A DNA stretch of 37,419 bases from Polyangia bacterium. GTDB lineage: Bacteria > Myxococcota_A > Polyangia > JAAYKL01. Numbering within the stretch: the first letter of the stretch is position 1; every line of letters begins with the position of its first letter. Under the pieces are notes generated by a model. That model made no database searches. It was not told the origin of the DNA and saw nothing but the letters and a program-made list of their open reading frames with translations. Below, piece by piece: positions 29,191-37,419 of this stretch. A program made the translations under genes and the position numbers. The stretch is taken from the NCBI GenBank assembly GCA_050287845.1, contig JBNKCR010000085.1, positions 1-37,419 of the forward strand. Direction: 5' to 3'.

Positions 29191-30177
29191 ATGTATAAAC
29201 CAGATCGATACCGATATGAAAGATTACCCTATGATCGACTGGGACTCAGTGGTCTTCAGGTAGCGCCATTGTCCCTTGGACTGTGGCACAACTACGGCGG
29301 AACCGCTTCATACGAAAACTGTCGGGAAATGGTTCTGGGCTCTTTCGATGTCGGCATCACGCATTTTGATCTGGCCAATAATTACGGTCCGCCCCCCGGC
29401 TCGGCGGAAACCATGCTCGGTAAAATCCTTCAAAGCGATTTGCAGCCCTATCGCAACGAACTCCTTATTGCCACCAAGGCAGGCTATGACATGTGGCCGG
29501 GCCCCTATGGCAACTTCGGTTCAAGAAAATACCTGCTCTCCAGTCTGGACGACAGCCTCAAAAGACTTGGCGTGGACTACGTGGACATTTTCTATCATCA
29601 TCGGCCCGATCCCCAGACACCTGTTGAAGAAACCATGATGGCACTGGACTCGGCGGTTCGCAGTGGCAAGGCGCTCTACGTGGGGCTCTCCAATTACAAT
29701 GCCACCCAGCTGAAAGCTGCCAGAACCGTACTCAAAGAACTGAGAACGCCATTCGTGGTCAATCAGGTGCGATACAACATGTTTGACAGAACCGCCGAAC
29801 AGGAGATGGTCCAGACTGCCGAGGTACTGGGCATTGGCCTGTTTATATACTCACCGCTGGCCCAGGGACTCCTCACCGATAAATATCTGAACGGTATTCC
29901 CGCCGATTCCAGGGCAAGCGGGAAAAGCATATTTCTGAACAGAGAGGACATTACCTCCGAAGTGATTCAGAAAATCCGTGCACTCTCCCGATTGGCCACC
30001 ACCCGGGGGCAATCACTGGCCCAACTGGCCCTCGCCTTTATTTTAAGGCATTCGTCGGTTTCATCGGTCATCATTGGCGCCAGCAATCTCTCCCAGATAC
30101 AGGATTGCTATCGCGTGGTCGAAAACCTGATTCTGACTCCCCGGGAACTGGAAGAAATTGATTTAATTCTCCAGTAA
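29191..30177 (+). CDS. Aldo/keto reductase (YghZ/Gpr-like)
   Basis: LSLGLWHNYG, THFDLANNYGPPPGSAE, TKAGYDMWPGPYG, YHHRPD, SPLAQGLLT. Confidence 0.95.
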   Translation: MYKPDRYRYERLPYDRLGLSGLQVAPLSLGLWHNYGGTASYENCREMVLGSFDVGITHFDLANNYGPPPGSAETMLGKILQSDLQPYRNELLIATKAGYDMWPGPYGNFGSRKYLLSSLDDSLKRLGVDYVDIFYHHRPDPQTPVEETMMALDSAVRSGKALYVGLSNYNATQLKAARTVLKELRTPFVVNQVRYNMFDRTAEQEMVQTAEVLGIGLFIYSPLAQGLLTDKYLNGIPADSRASGKSIFLNREDITSEVIQKIRALSRLATTRGQSLAQLALAFILRHSSVSSVIIGASNLSQIQDCYRVVENLILTPRELEEIDLILQ

Positions 30178-30248
30178 AAATATCCGCATCCACCGAACCG
30201 CACCCCAGTGCGAGGAGCCGTTTCCCCGTGGGCGCACATCTGCTGGTA

Positions 30249-30683
30249 TCACTTCATCAGCACTGCCGGCAGCGTCTCCACGAATGCTCGAATTTCATCG
30301 CGAACCCGTCGATAGGCATTCAGCGCCTCTTCTTCGTTGGTCGCATTTTTTGCCAATGTGGGTGGATCGTCAAAACTGTGATGAACCACTCTGGCCGTTC
30401 CCGGAAAGATTGGACACGTTTCCGCAGCGTGGTCGCAAACCGTCACCACGTAATCAATCGGTACATCCAGGTACTTGTCTATCAAATCTGATGTATGACC
30501 GGAAATATCCACGCCAGCCTCTTTCATCACCCGAACCGCATTGGGATTCAACCCATGGGTTTCAATGCCAGCCGAATAAACGTCAATCTCATCCGATTTG
30601 AGCTGTCGGGTCCAGCCTTCGGCCATCTGACTGCGGCAGGAATTTCCGGTACACAGATAAAGCAACCGTATTTTTGATGTCAT
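30249..30683 (-). CDS. arsC: Thioredoxin-dependent arsenate reductase (LMW-PTP fold)
   Basis: CTGNSCRSQMAEG, TVCDHAAETCP, FDDP, RRVRDEI. Confidence 0.92.
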   Translation of the reverse strand: MTSKIRLLYLCTGNSCRSQMAEGWTRQLKSDEIDVYSAGIETHGLNPNAVRVMKEAGVDISGHTSDLIDKYLDVPIDYVVTVCDHAAETCPIFPGTARVVHHSFDDPPTLAKNATNEEEALNAYRRVRDEIRAFVETLPAVLMK

Positions 30684-31012
30684 GAATCGTCTTCCTTTCT
30701 GAATATCTCCCCGCGGAAGAATCACTTTAAATCTTTCCTTCAACCCGTACCATCTTCACTGACCCGATGAAATCCCCTGATCGCCTGTTCCTTCGTTTTT
30801 TCCTCCTGAACAAATGTGTTCTTTCTCACCTGACGCTATACCATTCTGTGACATCCGGTGGAATGAAGTATGTCGTTCTGATTGCATTGTGGTGAAAACG
30901 AATTGCATCATTGAAACCGTTGATTCGCTGAATTTAAAAAAAAACGACCCGCATGAAGTGAATTCCCGCCATTTTCCATGGTTTTCAATGAAAGCCGACC
31001 GGAATATTAATG

Positions 31013-31028
31013 CGGCACGCCAATTGCA
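31013..31028 (+). promoter_or_regulatory. Sigma54 (-24/-12) promoter candidate
   Basis: CGGCAC-GCCAA-TTGCA with exact GG-N10-GC spacing, 40 nt upstream of ATG 31068. Confidence 0.7.
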
Positions 31029-31067
31029 CAGAAAAATAAGCGAATGCGCTTTTAAAAGGGGAATGCC

Positions 31068-31253
31068 ATGAAAGATATAAAAGAACTTTGGACAGAGTAT
31101 CAGCGAGAGAAAGAACTGCAGGTCGTTGAAATCCCCATCACAAATCACAACGAAGAGCGACTCCGCGAGCTTGAAAACGCCATTTTCAGTCGTAAAAGAT
31201 TTGAAGAAACACTGTCGATGCCGACCTCTTCCACCGATAAAATTCGGGCATAA
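31068..31253 (+). CDS. Small charged hypothetical protein (61 aa)
   Basis: RBS AAGGGGAA before the ATG; upstream sigma54 motif; Glu/Lys/Arg-rich helical composition. Confidence 0.65.
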   Translation: MKDIKELWTEYQREKELQVVEIPITNHNEERLRELENAIFSRKRFEETLSMPTSSTDKIRA

Positions 31254-31635
31254 ATAAATCGCCACCGTTCCTTTTTCGCTATTCAGTCAGCGCCGTTTCG
31301 GACCTGCACTCTGTGCAATCGATGCAGATAACGTGCTTCGCATGATGGTCCGATCCTGTTCTCTCATCACCATCGGCAGGAACCGCTTTTTGGCGCTGCA
31401 GTGCATCTGATCCGCCACTGAGACACTTCCCCATTCGAAACGATTCACGGCGAGACATTTTCACCGACGCCGACATTGTCCCCATTTGCATCAACGCCTG
31501 CCTGACCGCAACCGGCAACCGGGATGTCGATTCCCTGAATTTTAAATTTTTCTGCAACAGAACCGAACTGCGGCCGAGTGGGGGCCAAACGCAAACCGCA
31601 TCGCAAGGCGCCATGCCTGGAGTCAGGAGGTCTCA

Positions 31636-34600
31636 ATGCAGAAAAAACGTTCACAGATATGGATTGCATTCATATGCGCAACTTCCATTACAATGGCCAT
31701 TTCGGGGTGCAGCAACTCTCCCCCGGACGCTGCAAGTCCGGCAGGTTTCGACAGTGACACGCAGCGGGGAACCGGAAACACGGACTCGGACTCTTTCCCG
31801 AACACGGAAGACACCGAATCCGAAGCTGTCTCGGATTTTCCGGACGGCCAGGTAACACCGCTCGATATGAGTGTGGCCACCAACCTCAAGGATGCATCGG
31901 CGTTTCTGTATTCCGGAGACAATCCGGTGCAGACCGGGATGGATGCATCGTTCATTGACGAAACCCGGGTAGGCGTCCTGCGGGGAAAGGTGTTGGACCG
32001 GGAGAACCGGCCACTCTCCGGGGTGACCGTGCGAATTCACGGACATCCCGAGTTCGGAGAAACGCACACCCGGACCGATGGCCAGTTTGATATGGTGGTC
32101 AATGGCGGCCAAACACGAACTGTCACCTACGCAAAACCCGGATATCTGAAAAGCCAGCGCACCTTGCGGGTGAATCCCCTTGATTACACATGGTTGCCGG
32201 ACGTTATCATGATTGCCCGGGAGGTCACCGCCCATACCGTTACCGCGCAAAACGATTCATATCAGGTAGTGCGGGGGGCCGTCACCAGGGACAACTGGGG
32301 GGAGCGCAAGTCCACTCTGCTGATTCCTCCCGGTACCACCGCCCGTGCCACGTTACCGGATGGCAGCGACATCGACCTTTCATCGTTGACCATTCGGAGC
32401 ACTGAATACACGGTGGGAGAGAACGGGCCGGAGGCCATGCCCGCCACCATTACATCTCCGGTGGGGTACACCTACGCGGTGGAACTGGGTATCGATGAGG
32501 CGGACGCCCTGGGCGCAGATACCGTTACCTTCAGTGAGCCCATTCCATATCACGTGGACAACTTTCTGGGATTTCCCGCCGGTACCCTGGTGCCCATGGG
32601 GTACTACGATACAGAAGCGTCAGAGTGGATTCCCTCAAAGAGCGGTGTGGTGATTGACCTGGTGGAATCCGATGATGCGCCCATTGGTATTGACGCCGAT
32701 GGCGATGGTCTTGCCGACTCACGGCGCCAGCTGGAAGAGCTGGGCATTTCAGACGACGAGATTCAACTGCTATCAGAGCTGTACACGCCAGGCCAGAGTC
32801 TGTGGCGGGTAATGGTTCCCCATTTTTCCACCTGGGACTGCAACTGGCCTTTTGCCCCTCCCGAGGGAGCAACTGCACCCACATTTTCGTTGAGCAACTG
32901 GCTGTCAAAAGGAAACCCATGCGCCATGCCGGGCTCCATCATTTTTCCGGATACCCAGGTGCTGGGCGAATCCATCCCCATTGTGGGCACCAATTTTCAA
33001 CTGAATTATTTTTCGAACCGCAGCACATCCCGGCTGGCGGACTACACCGTGGAGATTCCACTCACCGGAGGCGAATTGCCACCGGAACTCAAAGCAGTGG
33101 AACTGGAGGTCTTCATTGCCGGTCAGCGCTATCAGCAGCGGTTTACCGCCAGCGAAAATCTGAATCTCACCTACACATGGGATGGACTGGATGCCTATGG
33201 GCGTAAGGTGCAGGGCAAGGTCACCGGCACGGTGCGGGTGGGGTACGTGTACGACGGCAGTTACACAAACACCTCGGGATTCGGCCAGCCGGGAGATTCG
33301 GTCATCACCGGCAGTCGCACTCGAGAAGAGGTGACCCTGTGGCAAGAGGAGAAAATTGCACTTGGGTCATGGAATGCATCATCGGCGGGGCTCGGCGGAT
33401 TCAGCCTGAATGTGCACCACGCCTACAACCCCACCACCAGGCGCCTCATCCTCGGCGACGGCCGCCAGCGCACGGCGGAGTCGGTGGCGCAAATGCTCAC
33501 CGACATCACGGATCCGGACGTGGAGATGGACTATCCTTCAGATATTGCACTTGCTCCGGACGGCCGTATTTTCTTCACCGGAGACATTTACCACCCGAAT
33601 CAGGTTTTTGCGCTGGATGCAGAAGGTACCGTGACGCTTGTCGCCGGAACCGGGGAAGAAGGGAACAATGGAGACAATGGACCGGCCCTTGAAGCAACGC
33701 TGAATCGACCGAATTGCATACACAGTCGACCGGACGGCACCTTACTTGTTTGTAGCGATGATCGGATTCGTTCGATTGATGTCAACGGGATCATCACAAC
33801 CATTGCCGGTGGTGGACCGCCGGCAGATGGCACGGAAGATATTCTCATGGCAACGGAAACGGAACTGAAAGGGCTTGAAAGGATTGCGGATGCGCCGGAT
33901 GGTGGTCTGTACATTGTCGAGAGCTGGTGGGGGCTTCTGCGTCATATCGACTCGCAAGGAATTATTACAACCATTGCCGATTCCGGAGCAGACATCCCTG
34001 AAGCCAGAATTCCAGATGTAGATGGCATTTATTTCATTCATCCGCGAAGTGTAATCGCAGCGCCAGATGGAACCATTCGCATTGGGGATGGTACGAATGA
34101 GATATTCCGGATCAGCCCTGCAGGAATTCTTTCTACGGATTTTGACAGTGAGGAGTCCAATCCAGAAATCTTTGAGAACCCTTTCTCCCCGGTGGATCTG
34201 GCATTTGATACGGATGGAACGTTATTGATTGCAGATTATTTTAATAACCGAGTACTCCGGTGGGACGGGGTTACGATAACGAAAGTCGTTGGAGGTGGGA
34301 ACGTGGACGGGAGGTTCCGCAGCATCCCGGCCAGCATGGCGAATCTGGAAAGCGTGCAGGGAATCGAAGTTGCAACGGACGGAACGATTTATATCGCTTC
34401 GGACCGAATTTATAAACTCGAATCGGTGCTTCCGGGACTGGGTAACGATGACATTGCGCTGCCCTCTCTGGACGGGTCGCAGCTGTATATTTTTGATGGG
34501 GATGGGCGACATCTGGAAACGCGGGATGCGCTGACCCAGTCGACGATACTGTCTTTTCAGTATGACGAAGCCGGAAGACTTGCCGCTGTAACAGATGACG

Positions 34601-37419
34601 CTGGACAGCAGACGACTTTCAACAGGAACAATGCGGGGCAATTGACGTCCATTACCGCGCCCCATGGTCAGGAAACCCGGATTGCGCTGGACCACAATGG
34701 TCGCATCGAAACCGCTACGGATCCTCTGCTGAGAAGCTGGTCGTTTGCATACGATGACAGCGGTTTGCTGGTTTCTCATACTGACGCCGGCGGCGGAAAT
34801 CACACATTCAGCTACAACGACACGGGACTGCTCATCAGCGACACCGGCGCCACGGGATTTACCCAGACCCTCTCACAGAATATCTCCGCGTCGGGAGTGG
34901 AAGTGACCGTGTCTACATCGATGGGCCGAACCCGAAAAAGACACATCGGCAGAGCTGACGATGGTGCATCACTGCGCACCAGTACGAATGCCGCCGGTCT
35001 TTCAACAACGGTTTCCGACAACGATATCTCGCGCACCATCACCCATCCGGATGGCACTGTTGTTACCGAAGAGCTGGCCCCGGATGTTCGCTGGCAGATG
35101 CAGGTGCCATTCATTACCCGCAGAACCGTGACCACTCCCGCAGGTCGGGAAATGACTGTGGAAGCCACTCAGGCTGCAGAATCCCAACCGGGAAACAATG
35201 CAATGACTTCGGGAACATGGACCGAAACCATTGAGGCAGGTGGAACTTCTGTGACCAGAACGGTTGATATGGAAAACAGGACATTGCGTGTTCAGACAGA
35301 TGATGACCGGGAGGAACTGATTCATTTCAACAGTCACGGAAAAATTGATTCCATTCAGCGAAGCGGCCTGCCGACCATTTCATATGAATACGACACCGTT
35401 GGAAGAGTTGTTGCCACCGCGTTGAAAAACAAAAATGAAACGCGGCAAACAGCGGTGACATATGACGAGAATGGATTTGTGGAATCATTCACTGACGCGA
35501 TGGGCAATGTGCTGCACATGGTAAACGACGTTGCGGGGCGACCGGTTCAATTGGAGAACGCCGGCAATGAAGTAACGAAACTTGGCTATTCGGAGTTAAA
35601 TTTACTTGCCTCGGTAACACCCCCGGGAAAATCTGCGCATCTTCACGAATTCGACGGCGCTGGAATGTTGCGAACGTACACGCCACCCCGGCTACAGAAT
35701 GAGGCAACGATCACCAGCTATTCGTATGACGAAGACCTGATGCTCACCCAGACCATTCTGCCCGATGGCAACACCATCGTCCGGGGATACGATGCCGCGG
35801 GAAGACTGAACGATGTCACTGTTGCAGCCGGCGCGTACCAATTCGAATACAGTGCGGAAAGTGGATATTTGAGTCGTATCATCACCCCGGCAGAAAATGC
35901 GATCACATGGACGTACGACGGCCCCCTGCCTGTAGTCAGTACGTGGACGGGAGACGTTGCCGGTGAAGTCGCCTTGGACTACGACGACGGGTTCCGGGTA
36001 GCAAACATCACGGTCGATGGTGGTGACAGTGTTGACCTCGAGTACAACGTTACCGGCGCACTAGTTTCCGTCGGCCCCGTCGAAATCGAATATGGCGCTG
36101 AATCCGGCTTGCCAAAACTGGTGACCATCAACGATGTTGAAACCGAGCTGTACTATAACGGGTTTGCGGAAGTGGCTGCACAGACAACGTCTTTTAACGA
36201 TGAACCCATTTTCAATCGCACATATGAACGTGACAATGCAGGACGTATCACGTCTGTACGGGAAACCATCGGAGACGACACACGGGAAATCACGTACACC
36301 TACGATAACGCCGGAAGGCTGGTCCGTGCATCAGAGATCCTCAATGGCGCGAATGCGACGCTGCGACAGTACAGTTACGATGCCAACGGGAATCGGCTTT
36401 CAGTCACTGCACCAGACGGTGCAATGACGGCGACGTACGATGCGCAGGATCGTCTGATTGAGTATGGTCCGCTTCAATTTACCCACGGATTGAACGGGGA
36501 TTTGCAACGCGTCACCGATACCCGCACCGGTGATGCGACAGACTACGAGTATGACGAACTTGGCCAGTTGCAACGCGTGGTGTTACCGGATGGCAAAACC
36601 ATCGCGTATTCTTATGACCTGCCCGGACGCCGCATTGCTAAACGCGTGAACGGAGAACCAACCGAAGCCATGTTGTATCTGGATCAACTGCGACCAGTGG
36701 CCAAACTGGACGCATCCGGCAAAGTGGTCCAACAATATGTGTATGGCACCGGCATAAATGTGCCCGACACCATCTGGCAGGAAGGGACAACATACGCACT
36801 CATCCGCGATCAGATCGGCAGCGTACGACTGGTTGTGGATGGGGACTCCGGTGAGATTGTTCAACGCATGGACTACGACGAGTTCGGCAACGTCACCCTG
36901 GATACCCACCCCGGCTTCCAGCCGTTCGGATTTGCCGGTGGCCTCTACGATCCCGATACCGCCCTCGTTCACTTCAACGCCCGCGACTACAACCCGCTGA
37001 CCGGCCGCTGGACCCACAAAGACCCCATCCGCTTCGAAGGCGGTGACACGAACCTGTATGGGTATGTGTTCAGTGATCCGGTGAATTTGATGGATGCGAA
37101 TGGGATGTTCATCGGTAAATTCAAAAAATGGAGTTTTGGTGGAACTTTCGGATCTTTCGTAGTTAGCTGGGATTCCGACCATCCAACAGCAACAAATTTA
37201 GCGTTGATGACTGATTTTGAAATAGGAGGCGGATTTTCTTTCACCTTTGAACATCCTTTCAAAGATAATGTTACTCCAAAAAAACTGCCGTTTGATTTAA
37301 ATATAGGTTTTCATAAATGGTTCGGGTTTTCCACTGATGGTGAATTTTTAACAATCAGTATTGGAATTGGCGCTGGACTGTTGTCACCCATTGATATTTC
37401 CAAAGGAAAATCATACGAA
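31636..37419 (+). CDS. Teneurin-like NHL/YD-shell RHS lipoprotein with C-terminal payload (truncated by window end, at least 1928 aa)
   Basis: RBS CAGGAGG, ATG 31636 MQKKRSQIW...AISG-C. Then VLRGKVLDRENRPLSGVTV plug region, HFSTWDCNWP, NHL-like repeats, YD repeats and RHS core PFGFAGGLYD...RWTHKDPI...NLYGYVFSDPVNLMDANG. Start and RHS core share a frame, and the ORF track lists no stop-terminated ORF in that frame. Confidence 0.93.
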   Translation, partial: MQKKRSQIWIAFICATSITMAISGCSNSPPDAASPAGFDSDTQRGTGNTDSDSFPNTEDTESEAVSDFPDGQVTPLDMSVATNLKDASAFLYSGDNPVQTGMDASFIDETRVGVLRGKVLDRENRPLSGVTVRIHGHPEFGETHTRTDGQFDMVVNGGQTRTVTYAKPGYLKSQRTLRVNPLDYTWLPDVIMIAREVTAHTVTAQNDSYQVVRGAVTRDNWGERKSTLLIPPGTTARATLPDGSDIDLSSLTIRSTEYTVGENGPEAMPATITSPVGYTYAVELGIDEADALGADTVTFSEPIPYHVDNFLGFPAGTLVPMGYYDTEASEWIPSKSGVVIDLVESDDAPIGIDADGDGLADSRRQLEELGISDDEIQLLSELYTPGQSLWRVMVPHFSTWDCNWPFAPPEGATAPTFSLSNWLSKGNPCAMPGSIIFPDTQVLGESIPIVGTNFQLNYFSNRSTSRLADYTVEIPLTGGELPPELKAVELEVFIAGQRYQQRFTASENLNLTYTWDGLDAYGRKVQGKVTGTVRVGYVYDGSYTNTSGFGQPGDSVITGSRTREEVTLWQEEKIALGSWNASSAGLGGFSLNVHHAYNPTTRRLILGDGRQRTAESVAQMLTDITDPDVEMDYPSDIALAPDGRIFFTGDIYHPNQVFALDAEGTVTLVAGTGEEGNNGDNGPALEATLNRPNCIHSRPDGTLLVCSDDRIRSIDVNGIITTIAGGGPPADGTEDILMATETELKGLERIADAPDGGLYIVESWWGLLRHIDSQGIITTIADSGADIPEARIPDVDGIYFIHPRSVIAAPDGTIRIGDGTNEIFRISPAGILSTDFDSEESNPEIFENPFSPVDLAFDTDGTLLIADYFNNRVLRWDGVTITKVVGGGNVDGRFRSIPASMANLESVQGIEVATDGTIYIASDRIYKLESVLPGLGNDDIALPSLDGSQLYIFDGDGRHLETRDALTQSTILSFQYDEAGRLAAVTDDAGQQTTFNRNNAGQLTSITAPHGQETRIALDHNGRIETATDPLLRSWSFAYDDSGLLVSHTDAGGGNHTFSYNDTGLLISDTGATGFTQTLSQNISASGVEVTVSTSMGRTRKRHIGRADDGASLRTSTNAAGLSTTVSDNDISRTITHPDGTVVTEELAPDVRWQMQVPFITRRTVTTPAGREMTVEATQAAESQPGNNAMTSGTWTETIEAGGTSVTRTVDMENRTLRVQTDDDREELIHFNSHGKIDSIQRSGLPTISYEYDTVGRVVATALKNKNETRQTAVTYDENGFVESFTDAMGNVLHMVNDVAGRPVQLENAGNEVTKLGYSELNLLASVTPPGKSAHLHEFDGAGMLRTYTPPRLQNEATITSYSYDEDLMLTQTILPDGNTIVRGYDAAGRLNDVTVAAGAYQFEYSAESGYLSRIITPAENAITWTYDGPLPVVSTWTGDVAGEVALDYDDGFRVANITVDGGDSVDLEYNVTGALVSVGPVEIEYGAESGLPKLVTINDVETELYYNGFAEVAAQTTSFNDEPIFNRTYERDNAGRITSVRETIGDDTREITYTYDNAGRLVRASEILNGANATLRQYSYDANGNRLSVTAPDGAMTATYDAQDRLIEYGPLQFTHGLNGDLQRVTDTRTGDATDYEYDELGQLQRVVLPDGKTIAYSYDLPGRRIAKRVNGEPTEAMLYLDQLRPVAKLDASGKVVQQYVYGTGINVPDTIWQEGTTYALIRDQIGSVRLVVDGDSGEIVQRMDYDEFGNVTLDTHPGFQPFGFAGGLYDPDTALVHFNARDYNPLTGRWTHKDPIRFEGGDTNLYGYVFSDPVNLMDANGMFIGKFKKWSFGGTFGSFVVSWDSDHPTATNLALMTDFEIGGGFSFTFEHPFKDNVTPKKLPFDLNIGFHKWFGFSTDGEFLTISIGIGAGLLSPIDISKGKSYE

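Noticed and set aside
30756..31265. 169-aa minus-strand ORF upstream of arsC
   Set aside because: No ArsR-like or other motif, atypical composition, and it overlaps the better-supported plus-strand promoter and small ORF.
31585..31620. GCAAACC...GCAA resembling a c-di-GMP-I riboswitch before the RHS gene
   Set aside because: Weak stem pairing, and the conserved downstream GACGCAAA and second stem are missing.
31613..37262. Many short ORFs listed on both strands in the last 6 kb
   Set aside because: All are alternate-frame or antisense shadows of the single long ORF starting at 31636.

Overview
Bacterial chromosomal window, probably from a Myxococcota-like deltaproteobacterium (inferred from Cys-rich and Asp/Ser-repeat lipoproteins, MglB/roadblock and DUF4388 proteins, and an AgmU-like TPR protein). 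The left end is housekeeping: the 5' end of tuf, a Thr-Tyr-Gly-Thr tRNA cluster, divergent tyrS/valS, and panB. The middle holds a sigma54-preceded lipoprotein hydrolase, a four-gene V4R/roadblock/V4R/DUF4388 cluster with no GTPase, a lipoprotein with glucan-water-dikinase-like domain order, a dnaA without dnaN or rpmH neighbours, an outer-membrane barrel/ECF sigma/anti-sigma cluster, ZIP and MscS transporters, a large patatin, Cys-rich lipoproteins, a GH6 glucanase, an aldo-keto reductase and arsC. The right end carries a sigma54-preceded 61-aa ORF, then a lipoprotein teneurin-like YD/RHS protein of at least 1928 aa. That protein is absent from the ORF track because it runs off the window, and it ends in an AT-rich C-terminal payload I do not recognise. 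No CRISPR array, rRNA or mobile element was seen.
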